From: a virus
Lineage: Duplodnaviria; Heunggongvirae; Uroviricota; Caudoviricetes
IMG/VR virus record: IMGVR_UViG_2713896785_000010
Direction: 5' to 3' (one strand)
Length of the DNA: 5,852 nucleotides
Shown here in pieces: positions 1 through 5,852 of the stretch. Below the pieces are notes generated by a model that did not search any database, was not told the DNA's origin, and worked only from the letters and a program-made list of their open reading frames with translations. Numbering within the stretch: position 1 is the stretch's first letter; the number at the start of each line of letters is the position of its first letter. The translations under genes were made by a program, and so were the position numbers.

Positions 1-7
1 CAACCTC

Positions 8-202
8 ATGTCAACGAAGAACAGAACCCGCAGAACAACAACCCGCAACATCCGCTTTCCTAACCAAATGATTGAACAAATTAACATCGCTCTTGAGCAA
101 AAAGGGTCCGGGAATTTCTCAGCCTGGGTCATTGAAGCCTGCCGTCGGAGACTAACGTCAGAAAAGAGAGCATATACATCAATCAAAAGTGATGATGGAT
201 GA
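8..202 (+). CDS. ylcI: Small ribbon-helix-helix (Arc/MetJ-like) DNA-binding protein, YlcI/DUF3950-type, 64 aa
   Basis: Complete ORF in the track. The pattern RNIRFPNQMIEQINIALEQKGSGNFSAWVIEACRRRL fits a beta-strand followed by two helices, as in RHH repressors. From memory it matches the 64-aa DLP12 prophage protein YlcI; this is recall, not a search. It is convergent with the late genes. Confidence 0.6.
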   Translation: MSTKNRTRRTTTRNIRFPNQMIEQINIALEQKGSGNFSAWVIEACRRRLTSEKRAYTSIKSDDG

Positions 203-389
203 ACATCCCGGTTTCTTCCACCATCGCACCGGAAAAGCGACTATGAGGGTAACCCTGCGTCTGTCAGCACAGTAAAACCCGGTGTGCATCGTTTTTGATT
301 ATTCCCGCACACTCACGCAGAAGGAATTCCCCGTCGGGCTACGGTCATGGTTAATGCGGGAATACGGCGACGATACAGCGCATAATGTG

Positions 390-938
390 TCAGGCTTGAA
401 TACCTTTATCGAATCCCGGTAATAAAAACTGTCCCTGTCTCTCCAGACGTTCCAGCTTTGCAAGCAATTGAGGTTTTTTCGTTCTCCCCCAGCGATTGAG
501 CAGACGGCCTGACATGCTGGCGACATCCTTCTCTTTCATGTACTCCAGCATTACGGCGTTACGTTCTGCTTCATAACTTTCGCTGTACTTACGGAGTTCT
601 GCTGACATCCAGTTAAACGCATTGATATAGGCTTCTTTAACAGCATCGGCTTTTGCCCCGTTAAATCCCATAACCAGCATAACGAAGCCACTAAAGTCCA
701 TGCGGTAGTAAATCTGTTTCTTGTCAAAAATACCTAAGTCATTGATTTTCTCGACGGCCCAAAAATGGGTTGTCGAGAATTCCTCAGAACATCTCAAACA
801 TTTAATAGCCCTAATCACATGCTGATGGCGTTTACCAAATGCCCTGGCAATCTGGAAGGTGTCAGTTACCGGTTGACCTTCTGCTGCGGTAACTAACTGG
901 CGAAAGTCGAAGTCATGATTCGCAATTAATTCATTCAT
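390..938 (-). CDS. Rha-family phage regulatory protein (putative antirepressor), about 182 aa
   Basis: The track ORF 390..1007 begins at a GTG. I prefer the internal ATG at 938..936 (MNELIANHDF...), which has a weak purine-rich stretch upstream. The N-terminal motif GQPVTDTFQIARAFGKRHQHVIRAIKCL resembles the conserved core of the Phage_pRha domain as I recall it. The start codon is uncertain (938 or 1007). Confidence 0.65.
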   Translation of the reverse strand: MNELIANHDFDFRQLVTAAEGQPVTDTFQIARAFGKRHQHVIRAIKCLRCSEEFSTTHFWAVEKINDLGIFDKKQIYYRMDFSGFVMLVMGFNGAKADAVKEAYINAFNWMSAELRKYSESYEAERNAVMLEYMKEKDVASMSGRLLNRWGRTKKPQLLAKLERLERQGQFLLPGFDKGIQA

Positions 939-1156
939 GGCGTTGCCTGCTTCTTTGAAATGAACCTTTGCCGCACAGGAAACCAGCCCACCGAGGCTCG
1001 CCAGCACTAACTGGTATCCTCAAAGGCCCATTCCAAAGGGTCAGGTTCGGTGTTTATTGTGCGCTGCGGTGCGCGGTGAAATACCGGTACAAAAATGCCC
1101 CGCATCTGCGAGGCATTTTCCTGAAAGTCACTTGTTAAATTTCAGTGAAATTAAAA

Positions 1157-1594
1157 TTATTTTAAGCACTGCGTCCTGATGTANTCCTGCANGTAGTTAA
1201 CCTGCGCGGTTATCNTGTCGATTCCACNTCGGAGACGGTAATAATTGAGTTCAGCATCTGCTGTAAGTCCTGGGCTTTCTCCATCGCCCATGCCGCTGGC
1301 TCCGGTCTTTGACTTTGCACAGGAGGCGGCGACTTGCAGCCGCTTACGCCCAGCAGAAACATCATCACGGAGACTTTCGATAGTCGCGTTAGCATCAGCA
1401 AGCTCCTTTGTATATCTGGCATCGAGTTCTGCTACATCACGTTGACGCTTCTGCATATCAGCGATGATGGATGTGGCTTTATCGCGCTGGTCTTTGTAGG
1501 CGATAGCGTTATCACGGTAATGATTAACAGCCCATGACAGGCAGACGATGAGGCAGATGACCAGAACGTAGATAATCGCGGTTACTCTGCTCAT
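1157..1594 (-). CDS. Rz: Rz i-spanin (inner-membrane spanin subunit)
   Basis: The protein [31 protein letters not shown]...[11 protein letters not shown] aligns closely with lambda Rz as recalled (N-terminal TM anchor, coiled-coil periplasmic domain). The ATG at 1594..1592 overlaps the endolysin stop in an ATGA arrangement; the track's upstream start at 1606 is an alternative. Four single-N positions (1183, 1192, 1215, 1228) leave ambiguous residues near the C-terminus. Confidence 0.85.
   Translation of the reverse strand: MSRVTAIIYVLVICLIVCLSWAVNHYRDNAIAYKDQRDKATSIIADMQKRQRDVAELDARYTKELADANATIESLRDDVSAGRKRLQVAASCAKSKTGASGMGDGESPGLTADAELNYYRLRXGIDXITAQVNYXQXYIRTQCLK
1210..1395 (-). CDS. Rz1: Rz1 o-spanin (outer-membrane lipoprotein), embedded in the +1 frame of Rz
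   Basis: Track ORF 1210..1422. I chose the internal Met that gives a lipoprotein signal peptide [20 protein letters not shown] (lipobox VSGC), followed by a proline-rich mature region [17 protein letters not shown], as in lambda Rz1. It lies entirely within Rz in another frame. The start is inferred and the C-terminus contains N-derived ambiguity. Confidence 0.7.
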   Translation of the reverse strand: MLTRLSKVSVMMFLLGVSGCKSPPPVQSQRPEPAAWAMEKAQDLQQMLNSIITVSXVESTX

Positions 1595-2137
1595 TGTTGC
1601 CCCCACAAACAGACTTCACGCTCAATCTCACGGCGAGTCATCAGCCCTTTCCATTGCTTACCGCCAGCGTATGTCCAGCGCCGTAGCTGATCACATGCGC
1701 CTTTGATATCGCCCTGGTTTATTTTGCGAAGAAGCGTCGATGTTCTGAAATTGCCAGCGCCCACGTTGTAAACGAACGAGTAAAGAGCGCCGCGCGTTGT
1801 TTCCGGTATATCGACTTTGATGTACGGGTTTATTTGTCTGGCGACCGTGGCAAGGTCTTTATTCAGGAGGGCTTTGCATTCTGCTTCGGTATACGTTTTA
1901 CCGGGCATGATGTCTTTTCCGGTGTGTCCNNNNNNNNNNNNNNNNNNNNNNNNNNNNNNNNNNNNNNNNNNNNNNNNNNTGACATACAGTCCATACGCCA
2001 ACGATATCTTCGTATGGTATGTAGCTGACACCTTCCAGGCCATCGTCACCACTCGGACCAGTGATGAGCACAGACGCTATGGCAACAGCCCCACCACCAA
2101 TAGCAGCAGCAACGGCTTTTCGTAATGATGGAGGCAT
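1591..2137 (-). CDS. R: SAR endolysin (T4-lysozyme-like muramidase, GH24; phage 21 R / DLP12 RrrD type), interrupted by an N-run
   Basis: Two track ORFs (1898..2137 and 1591..2052) are the N- and C-terminal parts of one protein split by the 50-N run at 1930..1979. The N-terminal part [30 protein letters not shown]... is a signal-anchor-release domain. The C-terminal part GHTGKDIM...[96 protein letters not shown] matches RrrD as recalled. The start ATG at 2137..2135 overlaps the holin stop. The flanking real sequence (158 + 339 nt) is 1 nt short of the 498 nt expected for a 165-aa protein, so the N-run is a placeholder of unknown true length. Confidence 0.85.
1930..1979. other. Run of 50 N (assembly gap or masked bases) inside the endolysin gene
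   Basis: Seen directly in the sequence. The neighbouring ORFs change frame across it, consistent with a fixed-length placeholder. Confidence 0.95.
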
Positions 2138-2306
2138 TATTCACCTCTCGCAGCCTTGCGCTTATCTTCTTTAATCTTGAAATAAAGGTTTGTCAGATAC
2201 GTCAGCAGGCCAAACAGCAGNNNNNNNNNNNNNNNNNNNNNNNNNNNNNNNNNNNNNNNNNNNNNNNNNNTGACACACCTGTTGTGATTTTTTCCATCTG
2301 GTACAT
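2137..2306 (-). CDS. S: Class II holin (pinholin, phage 21 S21 / DLP12 EssD type), interrupted by an N-run
   Basis: Reverse-complement reading gives an N-terminus [12 protein letters not shown] (ATG at 2306..2304, second in-frame ATG at 2297..2295, i.e. a dual-start motif) preceded by a GGGAG Shine-Dalgarno. After the 2221..2270 N-run the C-terminus reads ...[27 protein letters not shown] then TAA, matching the S21/EssD C-terminus as recalled. The TAA overlaps the endolysin ATG (TAATG). The internal sequence is missing, so length and frame across the gap are not verifiable. Confidence 0.75.
2221..2270. other. Run of 50 N (assembly gap or masked bases) inside the holin gene
   Basis: Seen directly in the sequence. 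The holin N- and C-terminal segments flank it. Confidence 0.95.
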
Positions 2307-2406
2307 ACCCCGTCTCCCGTTATCCGGAAGCTGACAACAATAAAAAGCCACCAGTTAATTCCTGATGGCCCTGATGCATAAACGTCATAATACCTGACTG
2401 TTATGA

Positions 2407-2441
2407 TTGACAATAATGATAATGTTTATATAGAAAGGTTC
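2407..2441 (+). promoter_or_regulatory. Candidate sigma70 promoter on the plus strand (perfect TTGACA -35, about 16-bp spacer, TATAGA -10-like)
   Basis: TTGACA at 2407..2412 and TATAGA at 2429..2434, in an AT-rich context. The -10 matches consensus at 4 of 6 positions and lacks the final T. Predicted from sequence only. Confidence 0.3.
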
Positions 2442-2485
2442 CCGATGTGTGTTACATATCATTTCTCCACGGGGAATATCCCCAC

Positions 2486-2536
2486 GCCAGCGCAGACTCT
2501 TTTACCCGTTCTCTTCTGCGCTGGCTCTTTTTTATT
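2486..2536 (+). terminator. Intrinsic (Rho-independent) terminator on the plus strand
   Basis: A perfect 11-bp stem, GCCAGCGCAGA (2486..2496) pairing with TCTGCGCTGGC (2515..2525), with an 18-nt pyrimidine-rich loop, followed immediately by TCTTTTTTATT. A 5-bp GGGGA/TCCCC hairpin lies just upstream (2472..2484). The loop is long for a canonical terminator. Confidence 0.5.
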
Positions 2537-2714
2537 ATGCTGCTGCATTTACCTCTGGCACCAGGCTTTCTATCTCAACACAATACGTGGTACTTCTTGT
2601 AACCAATATCATAACGATTAATCGACATAGAATTTCTCCCGTGTACAGGAACAGAGTTAAAAAGCCGGAACCGGAATCAAATCACAGGATGACCATCTGC
2701 CAGTGGCAGGTCAT

Positions 2715-2741
2715 AAAAAAAAGGCCGCGCCATGCGCAGCC
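2715..2741 (-). terminator. Strong intrinsic terminator on the late (minus) strand, proposed tR' equivalent
   Basis: On the minus strand: GGCTGCGCATGGCGCGGCC, an 8-bp GC-rich stem with one G-U pair and a 3-nt loop, followed by eight Ts (the A8 run at 2715..2722 on the plus strand). It is the first clear terminator downstream of pR' on this strand. A second 5-bp hairpin (2697..2709) follows. Confidence 0.65.
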
Positions 2742-2927
2742 AGAACTCACAAGGAAAATGATAGAAGGAAATAACATTAGTGATGTACGCATGGCGCCTC
2801 CCGCTAAGTTCTGCAATGATCAAACAGAACTCGCTACGTGCCCTTAAAACTCGATCATTTAGCCCCTCCAAGGAGGATTCACCATGCGGTTGGTTTTTTA
2901 ATAAACAGTAAACAAAAAAGTCAAGAA

Positions 2928-3038
2928 TTATTCATTCTGTTCTTTCATCATCGGCCACAGCAATACCACAATGCCGCAGACCAGAGCGCCATCAGTCAGT
3001 ACCAACATTATCCTGCTGGTGAAATCCATCATCACCAT
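2928..3038 (-). CDS. Possible small hydrophobic membrane peptide, 36 aa (MVMMDFTSRIMLVLTDGALVCGIVVLLWPMMKEQNE)
   Basis: Hand-translated minus-strand ORF below the track's length cutoff: ATG at 3038..3036, TAA at 2930..2928. It has a single predicted TM helix and a charged C-terminal tail. No convincing Shine-Dalgarno upstream, and three in-frame ATGs within the first four codons. It is on the same strand and downstream of the 252-aa membrane protein, upstream of tR'. Confidence 0.3.
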   Translation of the reverse strand: MVMMDFTSRIMLVLTDGALVCGIVVLLWPMMKEQNE

Positions 3039-3171
3039 CACTAAAAGCAGGATCACAACAGCAAGCAGACACAGTTTATAAAACAATGTTCAGAAAACGC
3101 ATTCAGCATGCCTAAGGTTCTATTCCTACGAATAGCCAACTTGCAACTTAAAATATTATTTATGCAGCCAA

Positions 3172-3930
3172 TTAAATTCTGGTCCTTACAATATCAACCT
3201 GAAGATTCTTATCTTGTGCTGATTGATAAATCACAAACCTTTTACTACCTGCATTGAAAGAAGTAGACAAAACCAGACAATTATCATAACGAGCAAGAAC
3301 ATAATACCAACCATCATTATAATTAATCATTTCATATTCTTTCTTAAACTGTGGTTTGTAATATCCTGTCAGAAATGAAAAAAGCCAGAAATATGCCACA
3401 AAAGCAATCATCACAATCTCAAAAAAATGTTTTTTTATAAATGGCTTATCATAGAAGCATGATACCGATAAAAATCGCCCATAAGATCTTATCGAAATTG
3501 TAACCGCCAGCGCAATCGCTGCTGACAGTAGCAAAAGAGGTACCTGAATCTTCTGTCTCAATATAGAAAACTCAATAATTGCCGGCACAAACAATAATTC
3601 CACAGCAAAATAAAGGCGAAATACATTTAGCTCTTGCATAGAATGTTTTCTTTTCACTGCGAAAAAGAATACAACACCAATACCCCAACCGATAAGAAAT
3701 ATAGCAATGACGATAACTGCAAAAAATAAACTTCTGGCAACATCATCAACACCTGCACCTACAATCCACCATGGGAAGCCGTAGTAAAAAGAAGTACCCC
3801 ATCCATAGAAATAAGCACTCCCCCATCCAAGGCATCCCATGTAGGCAATAAAAAGTGAAGAACTCCTGAGCAGCGCACCATCCTTCATAACCACCCCAAT
3901 ACAAGATGATAACATTGGCTTACAACTCAT
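3172..3930 (-). CDS. Uncharacterised polytopic inner-membrane protein, 252 aa (about 5 predicted TM segments plus a roughly 60-aa soluble C-terminal domain); moron between Q/pR' and the lysis cassette
   Basis: Long ORF with no overlapping alternative. Hydrophobic segments include LFFAVIVIAIFLIGWGIGVVFFFAV, VFRLYFAVELLFVPAIIEFSIL, VPLLLLSAAIALAVTISI and FFEIVMIAFVAYFWLFSFLTGYY, with a Gly/aromatic-rich N-terminal region. Spot counts of 60-nt stretches give roughly 27-35% GC here against about 52% in Q. No family recognised from memory. The first ATG (3930) lacks a Shine-Dalgarno; ATG at 3888 (MKDGALL...), preceded by GGGGTGG, is an alternative start. Confidence 0.75.
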   Translation of the reverse strand: MSCKPMLSSCIGVVMKDGALLRSSSLFIAYMGCLGWGSAYFYGWGTSFYYGFPWWIVGAGVDDVARSLFFAVIVIAIFLIGWGIGVVFFFAVKRKHSMQELNVFRLYFAVELLFVPAIIEFSILRQKIQVPLLLLSAAIALAVTISIRSYGRFLSVSCFYDKPFIKKHFFEIVMIAFVAYFWLFSFLTGYYKPQFKKEYEMINYNDGWYYVLARYDNCLVLSTSFNAGSKRFVIYQSAQDKNLQVDIVRTRI

Positions 3931-4077
3931 AACAAAAGCAATTCAATGCCGTCAAGAGGTTACAGGCTAAAAAAACTCTATTACATTGCAGTCAGCATGT
4001 TTACTACACAAATACAATTCAGAGCATAAAAACTACTCGGCGGCAGGTTATTGAGACTCATCAATGACATGTAAAAA

Positions 4078-4125
4078 ACGCCCATTATTGGTGTCAAGTT
4101 TCCCCAAAGTTATTCAAAAAGTCAA
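4078..4125 (-). promoter_or_regulatory. Late promoter pR' with Q-utilisation (qut) site and promoter-proximal pause element
   Basis: The minus-strand sequence TTGACTTTTTGAATAACTTTGGGGAAACTTGACACCAATAATGGGCG is nearly collinear with the lambda pR' region as recalled (TTGACTTATTGAATAAAATTGGGTAAATTTGACTCAACGATGGG). The -35 TTGACT is at 4120..4125 and the -10-like GAAACT at 4097..4102. A -10-like AATAAT at 4084..4089 sits in the early transcribed region, consistent with a sigma70-dependent pause. Similarity to lambda ends a few bases after ATGGG. Confidence 0.65.
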
Positions 4126-4167
4126 TATTATGCCGTTAATATGTTGCCATCCGTGGCAATCATGGCG

Positions 4168-4791
4168 CTAACGTGTGATCGCATTCAAAATGTTGTCTGC
4201 GATTGACTCTTCCTTGTGGCATTGCACAACCAGAGCGTCATACAGCGGCTTAACAGTGCGTGACCAGGTGGGTTGGGTAAGGTTTGGGATTAGCATCGTC
4301 ACAGCGCGATATGCGGCGCTTGCTGGCATTCTTGAATAACCGACGCCTTTACATCTTCCGCACTCTTTCTCAGCAACTCTCCCCAATTGCTCTGTTTTTG
4401 ATATATCAACCGCACGGCCTGTACCGTGGCAATCTCTGCATCTTGCGCCCGGCGTCGCGGCACTACGGCAATAATCCGCATAAGCGAATGTTGCGAGCAC
4501 TTGCAGTACCTTTGCCTTAGTATTTCCTTCAAGCTTTGCCACACCACGGTATTTCCCCGATACCTTGTGTGCAAATTGCATCAGATAGTTGATAGCCTTT
4601 TGTTTGTCGTTCTGGCTTAGTTCATGCTTACCGCAGAATGCAGCCATTCCGAATCCGGCTTGTGATTGCGCCATCCCCATAGCAGCCATCACATCAGTAC
4701 CGGAAAGAGAGTCAGAAGCCGTGGCCCGTGGTGAGTCGCTCATCATCGGGCTTTTTGGCGAATGAAATTTAGCTACGCTTTCGAGTCTCAT
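4168..4791 (-). CDS. Q: Late-gene antitermination protein Q (lambda Q type), 207 aa
   Basis: The protein [28 protein letters not shown]...[36 protein letters not shown]... matches lambda Q as recalled, including the zinc-binding Cys motif. It is followed by a pR'-like promoter. Confidence 0.95.
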   Translation of the reverse strand: MRLESVAKFHSPKSPMMSDSPRATASDSLSGTDVMAAMGMAQSQAGFGMAAFCGKHELSQNDKQKAINYLMQFAHKVSGKYRGVAKLEGNTKAKVLQVLATFAYADYCRSAATPGARCRDCHGTGRAVDISKTEQLGRVAEKECGRCKGVGYSRMPASAAYRAVTMLIPNLTQPTWSRTVKPLYDALVVQCHKEESIADNILNAITR

Positions 4792-5453
4792 GCGCCTTCT
4801 CCCTGTACCTGAATCAATGTGAGGTTTCCGCAGAACACTGCGCCGGTATCTATATACATCTGGTTGGCAAACTTGAGTGGTTTCACTGCTGGCGTATGAC
4901 CAAAGATGAACGTGTCCGCGCCTTTGATTTCTTTCACGATCCCGTCTTGTGAGTTGCTGATTCGTTCGCGGTTCCAGATTACCTGCTGATGATCAACTGG
5001 CTTTCCAAACTCGTATTTATCACAAGGATAATCGGCATGGCAGATGACATATTTTTTTCCTTTACTCACCAGTTCGATGATTAACGGAAGTTCATCTGCT
5101 TTATGGGCAAGAGCTTTAGCCAGAATTTCTTTGTCGTAATCGAGATTAAAGAACCAGCCACCGCCATTAAGCAGCCAGTGATTGACGTTTCCACGCTCTG
5201 ATAAGCCATCAATCATCATTTGCTCATGGTTTCCACGTACAGCTCTGAACCAGGGGAATGTGATTAATTCCAGGCATTCTACGTTCTCTGTACCGCGATC
5301 AACCAAATCGCCCACCGAGATAAGCAGGTCTTTTTTGGTGTCGAATCCTATCGTCTCCAGTTTTTTCATCAGGTTCGTGTAGCATCCGTGCAGATCGCCA
5401 ACTACCCAAATATTTCGGTATTTGCTGCCATCAATTCTTTCGTAGATATTCAT
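4788..5453 (-). CDS. ninI: Ser/Thr protein phosphatase (lambda ORF221 / NinI, PPP-family metallophosphatase), 221 aa
   Basis: Contains the metallophosphatase motifs GDLHG, GDLVDRG and GNHE. It is near-identical to the lambda phosphatase as recalled apart from N-terminal substitutions. Its ATG overlaps the ninG stop (ATGA) and its stop overlaps the Q start. Confidence 0.95.
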   Translation of the reverse strand: MNIYERIDGSKYRNIWVVGDLHGCYTNLMKKLETIGFDTKKDLLISVGDLVDRGTENVECLELITFPWFRAVRGNHEQMMIDGLSERGNVNHWLLNGGGWFFNLDYDKEILAKALAHKADELPLIIELVSKGKKYVICHADYPCDKYEFGKPVDHQQVIWNRERISNSQDGIVKEIKGADTFIFGHTPAVKPLKFANQMYIDTGAVFCGNLTLIQVQGEGA

Positions 5454-5852
5454 GCAACCTCACTTCTGCTGTTTCGCAGTTTTTTAAGTTTCTGTTGATA
5501 CTCCGCCTTGATGGCCCTGCACTCTTCGACAGTCCAGCGATAGCGGTTATGGTTTGATTCGATTTCCTCTACTGCTTCCTGCCCGATGCGGCTAATCAGT
5601 TCGACGCGATACGGAACGAGATTTCCGCTTTTGTGCTGGTTGCACACCACGCATTGCTTGTGAATATTGCGTTCATCAAATCGGAGTTGAGGTGCCGCAG
5701 CAGTTGTCCGGTAATGTCCGGCATCCCACTGAGCAGACGTGAGCGTTCCGCACGAGATACATGGTAAGTCGCGGTCTCTTTCTCTGATGAAGGCGTTTAC
5801 GGCTTGTTGGGCTTGTTTAATCCAGTAACTGCGGGGCTTTAAGGCGAGTTTT
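5450..5852 (-). CDS. ninG: NinG/Rap recombination-associated endonuclease, C-terminal part (5' end lies beyond the window)
   Basis: Hand translation of the minus strand from the window edge gives ...[133 protein letters not shown], which matches lambda NinG as recalled. The track's 66-aa ORF (5450..5650) is only its C-terminal portion, starting at an internal GTG. Confidence 0.85.
   Translation of the reverse strand, partial: KLALKPRSYWIKQAQQAVNAFIRERDRDLPCISCGTLTSAQWDAGHYRTTAAAPQLRFDERNIHKQCVVCNQHKSGNLVPYRVELISRIGQEAVEEIESNHNRYRWTVEECRAIKAEYQQKLKKLRNSRSEVA

Noticed and set aside
299-526. Minus-strand 75-aa ORF overlapping the 3' end of the Rha gene
   Set aside because: It is an alternative frame overlapping a better-supported gene, with an implausible composition.
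1245-1537. Plus-strand ORFs 1245..1445 and 1334..1537
   Set aside because: They are antisense to the well-supported Rz/Rz1 genes, with low-complexity Ser/Ala-rich translations and no ribosome-binding site.
1817-2413. Track ORFs spanning the N-runs (1817..2125 +, 1834..2028 +, 2125..2334 +, 2171..2413 -)
   Set aside because: They are artefacts of translating across the N placeholders or antisense to the holin and endolysin. The real genes are the pinholin and SAR endolysin on the minus strand.
2872-2901. Near-perfect Shine-Dalgarno AAGGAGG followed 7 nt later by ATG on the plus strand, giving a 5-codon mini-ORF (MRLVF)
   Set aside because: The ORF is too short to be a gene and is not in frame with any longer ORF. 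The SD-like sequence is part of an imperfect palindrome (CCTCCAAGGAGG). It could be a chance match or a leader-peptide remnant, so it is noted but not called.
2403-3044. ORFs 2403..2621 +, 2449..2847 +, 2677..2871 - and 2838..3044 + in the Q-to-holin intergenic region
   Set aside because: Their translations are low-complexity (for example the HHHHH tail), they contain the intrinsic terminator hairpins internally, and they lack ribosome-binding sites. The region is better explained by terminators, a possible small RNA and short peptide ORFs.
3118-3134. Hairpin CTATTC-CTAC-GAATAG just downstream of the moron stop codon
   Set aside because: The 6-bp stem is AT-rich and there is no U-tract on either strand, so it is not a convincing terminator.
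4284-4620. ORFs 4284..4520 +, 4299..4574 - and 4426..4620 + within Q
   Set aside because: They overlap the confidently identified Q gene in other frames or on the other strand and are most likely spurious.
5182-5382. Plus-strand 66-aa ORF inside the phosphatase gene
   Set aside because: It is antisense to the well-supported NinI phosphatase, with no independent support.
5450-5650. 66-aa ORF that might be read as a separate small gene (for example ninH)
   Set aside because: The reading frame stays open upstream to the window edge and the full translation matches NinG/Rap, so this is the C-terminal part of ninG starting at an internal GTG. It does not resemble lambda NinH as recalled.
1-5852. 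tRNA genes, CRISPR arrays or insertion-sequence ends (tRNAs are common between Q and S in lambdoid phages)
   Set aside because: No T-loop-like GTTCGAATC or GTTCAAATC motif in a tRNA context, no spaced direct repeats and no terminal inverted repeats were seen by eye. A tRNA-finding program would be needed to be sure.

Overview
This window is a minus-strand segment of a lambda-like prophage (enterobacterial, E. coli-type) covering the end of the nin region, the Q late-antitermination module and the lysis cassette. Reading the minus strand from high to low coordinates: NinG/Rap (partial at the window edge), NinI Ser/Thr phosphatase, antiterminator Q (lambda type), the pR'/qut late promoter, an AT-rich 252-aa polytopic membrane protein gene (a moron), a possible 36-aa hydrophobic peptide, a strong intrinsic terminator (tR'-like), then a phage-21-type pinholin, SAR endolysin, Rz/Rz1 spanins and a Rha-family regulator, with a small ribbon-helix-helix gene convergent on the plus strand. 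Two 50-N runs and four single Ns interrupt the holin, endolysin and Rz/Rz1 genes, so those coordinates are approximate. The most interesting element is the uncharacterised membrane-protein gene sitting between pR' and the first clear terminator, which predicts expression in the lysogen; I cannot assign it to any family from memory. Protein identities are from recall of lambda, phage 21 and DLP12 proteins, not from a database search.
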